Shown here: one piece after another, positions 26,823 to 38,794 of the stretch
Numbering within the stretch: position 1 is the stretch's first letter
Layout: each line of letters starts with the position of its first letter
Source of the DNA: Auanema rhodensis
Lineage: Eukaryota > Animalia > Nematoda
DNA length: 64,000 bases
Assembly (NCBI GenBank): GCA_964057225.1
Contig: OZ059897.1
Span: 6,758,001-6,822,000 of the forward strand
Reading direction: 5' to 3'
Program-made: the position numbers and the translations under genes
The notes under the pieces: model-generated
What the model was told of the DNA's origin: nothing
Databases searched by the model: none
Seen by the model: only the letters and a program-made list of their open reading frames with translations

Positions 26823-28785
26823 TCAGATAAGCTTATGCTTTCTTTTCTTTTGAAATGGTGATGAGGTAGATGCTGGACATTGTTGATTAGCATTATTCAA
26901 GATTGAATTCTTGTATCTGTTATAGAGTGGTAAGATGAATTCAGATTTAGCTGTTTCCCAAGCTCTGAAAAAATAAGTTTTACAGGTTTATGAAAAAAGG
27001 TTGAAAAGTTTAAAAATAAGTTCTAACCTGTCACGGATACCAAGAACATCTTTATTACTTTCCACTTCTTCTTCAATTGAATTGTATCGTGAATCAGAAA
27101 TAAGTTTCAATGAGATACTCATTGCTTCTGAAAATTAAGAAAAAAAGAGATTTTTGATCTTCTCGGTGATCGAAAAAAAAGTTTCAAATACCTTCAACGA
27201 CAGCTCGGACATGAGTGGCAATGTTGTTAGTATCTTGACCACATCTAGCGATTGCTTGCTGCATAATATTGACCCAAACCTATAGTGAAAAAAGTTTTTT
27301 TTCAATCAAAATTTGAAATTCAATACCTGGTCCTTCTCATCTACTGGTTCAGATATGTCAAAGTCTTTCTTAGCGGGCTGAACACTGTTAGGAATACCGG
27401 CAGCTCTGAATGGCTGTGGCTCAGATGTAATTGGTCCAAATCTGAAACGAATTATCACATAAATAAGGAAAAACAGATGAATGAGCTAATACCCAGATTC
27501 AGGGGCTGGTTGGAATGTTTCATGGGAAGGGATTTGAACAATATGAGCACTAGTATAAGCAGCAACAATGACTTCAATCATACCTTCTAATCCAAGAGCA
27601 TAACGACCCGTTTTGAAATGAACTAAAAGAAATAAAAAAATGTTAATTATATGTAATAAAGAGAAATAGAAGTAGAAGAAGAAAAAGAAGAAGAAGATAT
27701 TACCGATATTTCTTTCAAAAGCGTTTTTCAAAGTTTCTTTAGCAATTCGAGCATCTCGTCCAGCAACTGTGAAAACCTTTAAATAAATTCTTTAATTTCT
27801 CTGTAATCTAAGATCGAAGGTTAATTGGTTATGAAATGACGAAAGGTGAATCTATTTCTTACACGTCTCGATATTTCTTTCAAGTGTTTGATCTTTTTTT
27901 TTATTTAAAAACATAAGATGAAAGGAAGGCTAACCTGGCGATCCTGTCTGGAGTTGACAATCAAGATGGTAGTATCACATACGGAGACATCCTACAATTA
28001 ATGAAAATCATTCGAGTATTTTTGACGATTACAAATTTTTTTCAATTTAATTATAATAAAAATATTTAAAATATATTTCATTTTCTGGTATGTTATACTC
28101 CCTCAGGGCAGTAGTAACAAAAAAAATTGACTATTGATATGCAAGTTGGAAGAACCTGTTTTGAGTGAAGTGCTAGTTTTCGAGTGAAAGTTTGAAATAG
28201 GTCAATCTTGTGTCACTTTCTATCACTACACTACATTTGGAAAAATCATTAAATGATTCGAATGTTAAGAAAAGCAATTTGATTTTCTTAAAATTAACCT
28301 GGAAATTCTGGTAACGACGTTTGAGGTTGTTTGCAAACTTTTCAATATCAACTGGAGCTCCAGGAATATTACCAATCTTGTCCACAATGGCTATGATTAT
28401 CTGTAATTGTGTGGATGAATGTGTTGTCAATCTGTCATATTCTGAATAATCCAGTCTATATATTCACATCATACTCACTTCCATATTCTTTTCTGGTTGT
28501 AGAACACAGGCTGGAGAAGTGTTACGAATACCACGAGTTACAGCTTGAAGCTGGAAGCAAAAATCTATGAAACCACAAGGTTTTGGACAATGCCAGTACC
28601 TGATTAACCTTATTAACAAGGTTTCCTCTTTCTTCATCAGTTATAACAGCTGATGGATCACATACTGGTGATGGAAGAGCAAGTCGACAGGATAATGGGT
28701 CCAGACGTGGATCAGGATAGGTTTGTGAAGTGAATTGTGAATATACAGAAGGAATGAGAAGACAAATAAAAGTAATTATAATCAT
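26823..28785 (-). CDS. MOLO-1-like (TPM-domain) secreted protein with no predicted transmembrane segment
   Basis: Signal peptide MIIITFICLLIPSVYS, then the MOLO1-family N-terminal pattern QFTSQTYPDPRLDPLSCRL..VCDPSAVITDEER. Ten phase-compatible exons lead through CDTTILIVNSRQDRQVFTVAG..FKTGRYALGLEGMIE to KKRKHKLI*. Confidence 0.8.
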
Positions 28786-29528
28786 AATAATCTGAAAAAT
28801 AATAAAATTTCTTTGAAAAAACATAATTAAAATGAGAATGAAAAGATTATTCAAGCTTTATGAAGTTTGATGACAGCTGTTGTAGCCATTTCAAGTAGGC
28901 TAATCTTTGGCATAAAACAGGTCAAACTGGATTTATTTTTTGAAAAAATAATTAATTTATAGTTGAACTATTAAAATAATTAGAAATAATCATTGAAAAT
29001 TAAATAAACATATATTAAAAGGTTGAAGAACTCTAATTTCATCTATTCAAAATGATTTTTGATATGGGTTGGCAGTGGATGAAAGGAGAATAGAAGGAGG
29101 AGGACAAGCTAAAAGCTTACATAATACTGAACATAAGCTTATAAGATAAATAGGAAAAAAACGAATATTTAGATAAGAAAGAAAAATTTGAAAAAGGAGA
29201 TCGAAGATGATCAATATGAATTTCTTTTGATGAATAAAACGATTTTCTATACATCGTCGTTCAACCTTCTCGTTGGATATAGTTGGTTGAAGAGAGGAGG
29301 GACATACAAGATAATGAGATGAACAGAGAGAGAGAAATAGAGAAAAAAGATAAAGAGAGAGAGAGCGAGAAAGAAAATTGTAAAGAGAGAGAGTGAAAAA
29401 GCGAAGAGACTGTATGAACATTTAGAGAGAATAAGAGAATGATATCAATAAAGATTTGATTTTATAGTTAATGATCTCTTCTTCTAAAACTGTAGGATAC
29501 CACCGAGGTGGAGTGAAAAGAACATGGG

Positions 29529-30259
29529 ATGAAAGGTGATAATGATAGATGTGGATTAGGTGTAGCTCAAATAGGTTTTGTTGGAACATCTTTTGGAATA
29601 TCAGATGCTGTATGCTCACTAGTATTCGGACCATTAATCAAACTTTTTGGACGAATGCCATTATTTGTTTTTGGAGCAGTTGTTAATCTATTGATGCTTC
29701 TAACGTTAATGGTAATAGATAGATATAGGTCGCTTAAGAAACTTCTTAATGCAACTGAATCTTAGATTTGGCCTGTAAATCCAGCTGATACTGCGATCTT
29801 CTACGTTGTAGCATGTGTGTGGGGAATGGCCGACGGAGTTTGGAATACACAAATCAGTGGTATATCTTTGAAGAACAATGAAAAACAGTTTCAACCCAAT
29901 TATCTAGGATATTGGGTAGCTCTTGTTGGTCGACAATCATTAGATTTTGCATTCACTAAGTATCGCCTGTGGGAGTCATTTGGAATGGCTCTAGGTTTCG
30001 TGATGATGAGATTAGTATCTGTTCAAGTGTACCTGTACATCTCAACAGGATTTCTATTATTTGGAATGGCTGGCTATACAATTATAGAGAATTATGATAA
30101 ACTCATGGTAAACTCATGACATATATGCTGCAATAAGTTTAAAAACAATACAAATTTCAGTCATACATCACACAAATGTTTGGTGTTTGCATTCCAAGTC
30201 CAAGAAAACAAGCTGTTATATCGATGGATCAATCACTTTTGAGTCATACTACAGAGTAA
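29529..30259 (+). pseudogene. 5'-truncated unc-93 duplicate with an in-frame novel ATG (potential 191-aa product)
   Basis: Exons 29529-29711, 29766-29859, 29908-30107 and 30161-30259 total 576 nt, open from MKGDNDRCGLGVAQIG to ..LLSHTTE*. Expression is unknown. Confidence 0.6.
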
Positions 30260-30510
30260 TATCTGTTTCAAAACTTTTGTTGCAAATGTTTTTTTTTAAA
30301 ATTAAAATTATACGGGTTTAACTTATATATAATTACATATATAGTTATAATATTATTAATATTATTATATATTTTATAATAAAATTTTTGTATTTTTATT
30401 TTGAAACATTGTATAATGCTTCTATAATATTGTCTTAACTAACGATCTCTGTTGAACTAATTTTGACAAAAAAAAATTTCGAGAACGACACATAGATGAA
30501 CTCAAACTAA
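29548..30510 (+). repeat. Left arm of a 963-bp inverted duplication of the unc-93 3' end (exons, introns and 3' flank)
   Basis: Reverse complement of 31906-32868. Paired coordinates sum to 62416 at both ends and at the internal ORFs (29817/32599), so there is no net indel. The mirrored ORFs in the track translate identically. Confidence 0.97.
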
Positions 30511-30688
30511 TGGGATGAAACAGAGCGTGTCAATCAATTGACGTGACGATATTCAGATATTCAGCACGATTCGGTCTACAGATCTTGCTGATCCACGAGA
30601 AAATCTAGCAAGTTTGAGTAAAATTCTGATGACAAAAGGAGATTTGGGTTTTCAAATAACATCATCAATAATAGGTAAAATGCCGTTC

Positions 30689-30863
30689 TAACGCACCTTT
30701 TCGCCATCCTCAATTTCTGTATTTTCAAGCCATTTTAAGGCTTATTTTCATTTATTTTGTGTCTCAACTGTTCGAAAATGTCTCATTTTTAACAATTTTC
30801 AAAAATGACCAAAAGGTCGAAATGAGAGAAAAACTATGGTCGAAATGGTCGAAAAGTGCGCTA
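30689..30863. mobile_element. Possible decayed MITE (imperfect terminal inverted repeats, TA ends)
   Basis: TAACGCACCTTTTCGCCAT (30689-30707) versus ATGGTCGAAAAGTGCGCTA (30845-30863); GGTCGAAA is repeated internally. Confidence 0.3.
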
Positions 30864-31565
30864 ACAATTTTGGATAAAAATACACTATTAAAAGACAAAA
30901 TTTGTGAAATATCTGAAGCCATTAACCAACTATGAAATCGAAAAGCTTGTTAATGTGTTAGAAATCAAAAATTTTCATGTAATCTTTATGAGAGACACAG
31001 AAATACCCTCCACTCATACCCTCCACTCATAAGCAACTTGGGGGCCGAAAGGTCTAATGGAAAATTTCGCGATTCATATACATAAAATAAAGACAATATA
31101 CACATCATTAAATCAGATATGGCGAACGTTGATGACATGGGCTTGCTGGATGAGAACTCGATTCTTGCGGAGAATGTGAGCGGGGATGAAGTGTTAGAGG
31201 AAAGGGGTGATGGTGATGGGGATCGTGGTGAGATTGGATTATTCAACAATTATTCAAAGAAAAGAAATCATAAATTACTTATTTGACTGATCTTTTCTCA
31301 AACAAGAGTGATATATTCTTTAAGGATTTCGATTCCCTCAGCGAATAGTATACCTTTTTGATCCAATTTTGAATTAAGTTCCCATTGAACGATGCACTCT
31401 TTTCCAATTTTCAGCTTTTTTTTGAACGTAATTTCCTAATAAAACACTCATTATATTCATATTACAAAAAATAACACATATCTTAACCAAGCCCGAAAAT
31501 CGTCCTAAATTCATCTTCAGCTCAGCAACCAAACTCATCGCAGTCTTTGGACGATTGATTCCTTT

Positions 31566-31668
31566 TAAGGCAACCGAGTTATCAATGAATTCAGACCGGA
31601 AGTTCACGACAAATAAAGAAGTTGTCGTGAACTTCCGGTCAGAATTCATTGATAACTCGGTTGCCTTA
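31566..31668. repeat. Near-perfect hairpin: 47-bp stem (one A-A mismatch), 9-nt loop
   Basis: TAAGGCAACCGAGTTATCAATGAATTCAGACCGGAAGTTCACGACAA (31566-31612), loop ATAAAGAAG, then the reverse-complement arm at 31622-31668. The mismatch is at 31593/31641. Confidence 0.95.
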
Positions 31669-31905
31669 GAAGGGCTCAATCTCCCTCTCGTTGAAGCCAA
31701 TATTTTCAGCATTCAGATCACCCAATCCGAGAATTTGAGCCAACAGAGATAACTAGATGATAATGATTCACAGCAATGAACTTACTAGAAATACTACAAA
31801 TACAAGTATTTGTATTGCGAATCAGTACTTTTATTTTGAAATTTAAGTTTCCTATGAACATGATCGAATTATATATTTACAAATTTTTGGAGATTTTGGG
31901 AGTTG

Positions 31906-32868
31906 TTAGTTTGAGTTCATCTATGTGTCGTTCTCGAAATTTTTTTTTGTCAAAATTAGTTCAACAGAGATCGTTAGTTAAGACAATATTATAGAAGCAT
32001 TATACAATGTTTCAAAATAAAAATACAAAAATTTTATTATAAAATATATAATAATATTAATAATATTATAACTATATATGTAATTATATATAAGTTAAAC
32101 CCGTATAATTTTAATTTAAAAAAAAAACATTTGCAACAAAAGTTTTGAAACAGATATTACTCTGTAGTATGACTCAAAAGTGATTGATCCATCGATATAA
32201 CAGCTTGTTTTCTTGGACTTGGAATGCAAACACCAAACATTTGTGTGATGTATGACTGAAATTTGTATTGTTTTTAAACTTATTGCAGCATATATGTCAT
32301 GAGTTTACCATGAGTTTATCATAATTCTCTATAATTGTATAGCCAGCCATTCCAAATAATAGAAATCCTGTTGAGATGTACAGGTACACTTGAACAGATA
32401 CTAATCTCATCATCACGAAACCTAGAGCCATTCCAAATGACTCCCACAGGCGATACTTAGTGAATGCAAAATCTAATGATTGTCGACCAACAAGAGCTAC
32501 CCAATATCCTAGATAATTGGGTTGAAACTGTTTTTCATTGTTCTTCAAAGATATACCACTGATTTGTGTATTCCAAACTCCGTCGGCCATTCCCCACACA
32601 CATGCTACAACGTAGAAGATCGCAGTATCAGCTGGATTTACAGGCCAAATCTAAGATTCAGTTGCATTAAGAAGTTTCTTAAGCGACCTATATCTATCTA
32701 TTACCATTAACGTTAGAAGCATCAATAGATTAACAACTGCTCCAAAAACAAATAATGGCATTCGTCCAAAAAGTTTGATTAATGGTCCGAATACTAGTGA
32801 GCATACAGCATCTGATATTCCAAAAGATGTTCCAACAAAACCTATTTGAGCTACACCTAATCCACATC
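31906..32868 (-). repeat. Right (source) arm of the inverted duplication: native unc-93 3' exons and 3' flank
   Basis: Continues seamlessly into the upstream unc-93 exons, whereas the left arm breaks mid-exon at 29548. Confidence 0.95.
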
Positions 32869-33227
32869 CAACAAATGCCTTAAATTATATTGAATTAATT
32901 TGATAAAAATCTCACTGTAATAGCATACTTTAGTGAATAATCCAACGAAAAATGCTTTTCCAATCCCATTAAACATAGTTAACGGTACTAAGAGCATTAC
33001 CCGTATACTTTTAAAGTTTTTCCAAGTTAATTGTAGAATTAAAGGATTAAATTGAGGAGCTTTGTTTCTAAATTTAATTCAAATTCACTGAATTACTAGT
33101 TAAGCTTACCTGTTCATTACATCTTTTGTTAAAGCATTTAAGAACATAGATAAGATCATAACAGCTACTACAGCACAGGCAAGATATGCCAAACAAACTA
33201 AAATGCAAATCATAATAAGTTCTTTCA

Positions 33228-33258
<31 letters not shown>

Positions 33259-35568
33259 GCTCTCTCTCTCTCTCTTTCACTCTTTTTTCTCTCTTTATCT
33301 ATATCTGTGGTAATCTTACCAGCTACTAAAACTCTTTCAGGTGGTCGTTTCAAGTTTTCTGTAGCTCTGGTCGATAAATCTGTCGCATTCATTGGAAACA
33401 TATGACCACATCTGGAAGAAAAATAACATTTTAAATTATTTTAAGAAGCAAAAAATGCTTTTCGTACGTTTTATCAACGGCATCTTCAATATCATATTGA
33501 CGAATTGCAGCTGTAAGTATACTTGATGATAAAAAGTTTCCAATTACTTGTCCTAAGTGAACAATCATTGAGAAATATCCGAAAAACCTGTAAAATCACT
33601 AATTATTCAGAAATTTGCTATAATAATTTTTTTTTAATTTCAATATCGATGAATTGAATGCATATAGAATATGATGTTACCGGAAAATTACAGCGTTTGG
33701 CGATTCATAGTTGATTTTCGCATATTTAAGGCCCATTTCAATGATATAAGCACACTCAGCTCCCCACAGACAAGAACCAGCTGCTCCCAAAAGAACTGAC
33801 ACAGGAATCATTGAAAAATAACTGAAACAAACGTGATTTGAGAAAGAAATAAGAAAAAAACTGAGCATGACCCATGTATAATAGGAACATTTTGATTGGA
33901 AAAAAGTATTTGCATACAACCGCTCTGCTCGTCAATATTTTCAAAAGCAAACATGGTTCACGTAAGGTTCACGTGGTTTTTAATTTGAAATGTTCACGTG
34001 TAAAATTTACAAAAAATCAACTTTTTTAAGTAAAAATGTGAAAAGAAATAAGAAACTTACGTGGGACGTATATTAACACTCATATAAATAACATAAACAC
34101 ACATAGCACTAATTAGTGTAAGTTTACATCCCAAACGATTAATCATGAATGTTGGAATGAACAGTGAAGATATGGCTAATGTTACATACATCACTCTATA
34201 ATATATAATATTGAAAATATATAATATAGTTAAGAGATATACACTAAACTATCAGCTCCAAGTTCAGCATTGATTGTTGTTTGTAAATTTTGTAATCCAT
34301 TAAAAGCGGTGAATAAAAATAGGAATGATAATGAAATAATCCATAAGTTAGCCTAAATATAGATGATATAGTTAAAGTTTTATATATTGAGAGTAATAAT
34401 TGTGATTCAATGGTACCTTTATCTTTTGCATTGTCTTCATATTTCTACGACGTTCAGCTGGAGTTTCTTGGGCTATTCGTCTTTTTCGAATAATTTTCTT
34501 TACAAATTCTTGACTATAACATGATAAGCTTTAGTTAGAAAAGCATTTAAAGATCAACCTGTAGACATTAGCATCAAGAGTAGTATCATGATCAACACTA
34601 CTCATGAGAGATTGCATTGTGACAAGACGATCACGACGATTAACGCGACGACGACTCCCATGCACAGGGCAGTAAGGATCATATTCAGGTAGTCGCTCTT
34701 TCTAAATTTTTAATTTTACATGATCAGGGAAAATTTGGAAGAATGATAAAGAGAACAAGAGAGAGAGAGAGGGAGAAAGAGAGAGTTAAATAGAGAGGAA
34801 GATATATGAAGAAAGGGATATAGAGAAATAATGTGTGTATTTACTTCAGTTGGACATTCCATTTTCAAATCGTCCTCTATTGATGGTCCACGGAATAAAT
34901 AACTACTAAAAACATATAAATATTATAATTTATCATTAAAGTATCAAGATATATACCATTTTTCTGGTTTTACATCACTTGGATGTTTCTTGATTCGTCC
35001 AATTTCTCGAAATGAGAATGGTTTTTGTGTTTGAAAATACTCTTTAGGTCTAAAAATATATAATTTTTTTCAACTGTATCTATTATAATCAATATAACTC
35101 TACATTATACAATATTCTGTTAATGGAAGTTCCTGTATGTCTAGTGTTCGGATCAGCAGAGTCGGAGTGTCTTTTCTCTTTGAAATTGCTCCAATTTTTT
35201 GCAGAACATTCATGGATACTTTACGTAATGAATCAAGTGCAGGTGATCTGAATAATAATATATTATCAGTAATTTGGTATGCTATATGCTATGTGATTGC
35301 TATGCTTACTAACTTGCTTCGTCGTTTTCTTTCACGCTCTTGGTGGTGTCGTTCAACTTCTTCCGCTAATTCGACTTTGCCTAGACCTAAGGCTTGCAAA
35401 TCAGCTTCATCGAGTCCCAAGACAATCTGAGATAAAAAGAAGATTCATATTTTGTTCTCGTTGTTGATTGGAAACCTCAGAATCAACTCTACTTGTACGT
35501 GATGGAGACTTTGAGCGACGAGTCGTTCGCTCATTCTCCATCATGTCCCAGGCATTCGAATCGGCCAT
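32157..35568 (-). CDS. unc-93: UNC-93, MFS-like regulatory subunit of the SUP-9 two-pore K+ channel
   Basis: Long charged N-terminus MADSNAWDMMENERTTRRSKSPSR..YDPYCPVHGSRRRVNRRDRLVTMQSLMSS, then the UNC-93 core NLWIISLSFLFLFTAFNGLQNLQTTINAELG..FFGYFSMIVHLGQVIGN..FNGIGKAFFVGLFTK..VWGMADGVWNTQI..YRLWESFG. Stop at 32157. Confidence 0.92.
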
Positions 35569-37753
35569 GTTTTCCTTCTGATTCTACTCGTTGTCGCCGT
35601 CGTCGTTGTCGTAAAAGTGTACGTAGTTGTTTTTCAAATGATCGACGCAAGACTGAGTTCAAAGAATCGGTGTACAGTGTGGAATTTCAAACATATTCAG
35701 TAATGGAGTGAATCTAAAATTAAATAGGAACAACAGGTTACAATGAAAACAATAACATATAATTAGATATATACATATATTATAATTATATAAGTATATG
35801 TATATAAAAGAAAAAGAAAAAAAGCAACTAATTGGATCATTTAAACTTTTTTTTTCATATAAACAACATAACGAATAAAATTCAAACAATAGATTCTATT
35901 CTTACCGTTTTACTATTAGTTAGAATTACTAAGAGAATTAACTATATGTATATGTAATGATAATATATAATATTATATAGTATATAACAATTATTTTCAA
36001 AAGATATATATCCATTGAGCTATACTATCAAACTGCTGAAGTGCACAATGACATGGCTGAACAGATATACGAACACGATATACGAGATATGTTAGCAAAA
36101 ACGTTTAGAAATTAGAAGATTGAAAAAAGAAAATGAGCAAGAAATAAGGGTGGGAGGTGAACGAGGCGTAACCTACGAAATTCGAAAATCAGTGCTAGCT
36201 AAGAGACGAGCAGGCCGGCGATAGAGATGAAGAAGCTTTAAGGTTGTACAACACACAAATCCAAGACATTGGCAGATTGTGATGCGAAGCTCAGAGAGAA
36301 ACAGCTGGTTGATGATTCTACCTCTCTATATCCATCTTTCTATCTCATTCAGTCTTTATGTCCTATATCCTCCTGCTTCGACCTGATCTATCCCTTTACG
36401 TAATGATATGTGTAAATTCAAAGTTTCTCGATATTCTGTAATATAAGTCTTTATAAAGATAAATGACATATAAAGCTTATTATTAAATATTTATAATCAA
36501 TTTCTATAGAAAATAATAATTTTTATAAAAATAATAATATTAGTTTTAGAAACAAATGATCTTTGATAATATTTTTAAATTTCCATTACACATAAAAGAA
36601 AAAATAAAAATTTATGTTTTTTCAGATAATCATTTGGAACGGCGATTAAGCTTTTCTTCATCATCATCATCTTCTTCTTCTTTCAAATTTTTATATTTGA
36701 ACTAATTTATATTGGAGTTCGTAAGCAATTACCCTGTATGAATAGCCTGAATAGTTTAAGTTTTTACTCTCATTTCTAAGTTGTTCTTTTAAGTTTTGAA
36801 AAAAATAACCTCCCAATATGTTCTTTAATATTATAATGAAATAATTGTTAATATATTATGTATTATTACGAATGAAATGTAAATTGTCTCTCGATTACCT
36901 ACCTAATACTAGCGTAACTGTAATCAGTCAATTCTCGTGTCTCTATCTAGTTTCTATATTCATCTAGAACCAGATTTAGCTATAAGAAAATGGCATCAGC
37001 ACACATTAACTATATGTTATATGTGTATTGTCTTCTCACACAAATTATCAGACTGATCAGCTTGTTAAAATCTTGATCATTATACTGTTAGACTTACTTA
37101 CTCTTATTATTTCATCAGTCATAAAAATGTTTGTAAAAGAATGTGAAGAATGAACAACTTGGAATGGAGAAAGGTAGAGAGATAGAGATAGAGAGAGAAA
37201 GAAAGAGAGAGAGAGAATGAAAGAAAAAGAGAGAGAGAAAAAAAAGAGAAAGAGATGTCTACATACTGACTAATCCATCAAAAAATGGAATTATGTATGA
37301 GCCAAGGAGCTGGTCATGTGAGAATTGAAGAAAAAAACAAATAAATCAGATTAATTGTTGTCTTTTTGTCGTTTTTTTCACTAACTTCGACCAAATTAAT
37401 TCGATCGGATGAAAAAAATGGAATTGAGGAATCGACTAATTGGCTACAGTATCAGTTTGAAAAACTGCTGGAACATCATCATTACCATCATCATCATCAA
37501 GCATGTCTTAGTGACGATCAGCATCATATTCTCTTTTTTACATGATTGTCTAATAAACAATGAAAGGAAGAACGTGTTCCCATTAATCATCTGAAGTCAA
37601 AACAGCAGCAGCCAGCCTCTTCATGACGCCCAACGGCACTACTTGCTCGACTTGCCGGTTCAGCCCCCTTTTTCCTCCAGTGCCCATCCATACTTCACTC
37701 CTAATCAGTCTACCTATTCCAGCTGGTCAGCAACTACTACTCCTATTTCAATT

Positions 37754-38651
37754 ATGAGTCAAACACTCAAATATGTCCTCATTTCCTCATTACTGTTCAT
37801 GTTTTTCCATTTTACCTATCCAGCTCAAATGCAATGTCATTGTGATGAGTATACACTGTGTTTGAATGTGACCCATTGGCATGCTAAGCATCAGTTTGCT
37901 CGATGTCAACGTCGTTGTGAGGTAGGCTTATATCGCATCTTTTCCGATTTTTATGTCAAAAATTATAATTTTGCAGAAGAAAATGGTTGATTCTATTCGT
38001 AAAGTACCAAAAGAATATATGAAATGTTTGAAAGAATTTGATAATGTCTTCACCAGAGTCATGAAATGTACTACAAAGCATCTTGGATTTGGGTATTCTA
38101 TTCTATATAATTAACCTCAAATATACAAATATTTTCTTAAAGTTGCACAAATAGCAAACATAATACTGTTGGAAACAAAGATTTATCTGCATATTATGAT
38201 ATGATTAACGATCGTTGGTCAGGTTATATGAAGAATAAGAGTATGTATATCATTTCTCTTAACTATATACATATAATTATTAAGGTATTGCTCTTATATA
38301 TAAAACAACTGAAGCAAAAGACTTTAATACATGTCTATTTGATTGTTTCCATCCTTCTGTTAATACCTGTACTGAGCGATTAGGGTAAGTTACAAGTCGA
38401 CATTTCATCTGAAATTTCATATCTTGTTGCAGATGTGGATTGTTAGCTCCAAAAGATAAACTTTTATTAGATGTTTTAACTGAATGTGGATCAAAAGCTG
38501 ATGTTACCGAAGAAATATTTGTTAAAGTTTTAAAATGTCTAAGTAAGTTTCAACTTTCTTCCAACCTTATCTAAACTCTAAATAATATTTAGATATTGTT
38601 ATGGAAGATGATCCAAATGCAAAAGATAATGAATATGAATACGAGTACTAA
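37754..38651 (+). CDS. Secreted Cys-rich protein, divergent PERM-2/PERM-4 (vitelline-layer) family-like
   Basis: Signal peptide, then QMQCHCDEYTLC..CQRRC..KCL..MKCT..GCT..FNTCLFDC..CTERLGCGLLAPKDKLLLDVLTECG. The Cys spacing matches my recollection of the QCxC...C..LGCGLxxPxD family pattern. Six exons, ending DNEYEYEY*. Confidence 0.7.
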
Positions 38652-38794
38652 TTTATTAGTTTCTAATACAAAAAACACACAAACAAAAAAACAAAATATG
38701 TATGTATGTATAAACTATTTTATATTATAATAACTATAATAAATTAATTACAATTATTAAATATATATATATTATTTTTTTAAATTATTAATAA

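Noticed and set aside
31374-31752. Mirror ORFs sharing KATELSMNSDRKFTT on both strands
   Set aside because: A by-product of the DNA hairpin at 31566-31668, not evidence of coding.
29548-32868. Interpreting the inverted arms as TIRs of an autonomous DNA transposon
   Set aside because: The arms are host-gene sequence continuous with unc-93, there is no transposase in the spacer, and the direct repeat flanks only the left arm.
37918-37940. TGAGGTAGGC resembling a let-7-family 5' end
   Set aside because: Spans an exon-intron donor, and no precursor hairpin is evident.
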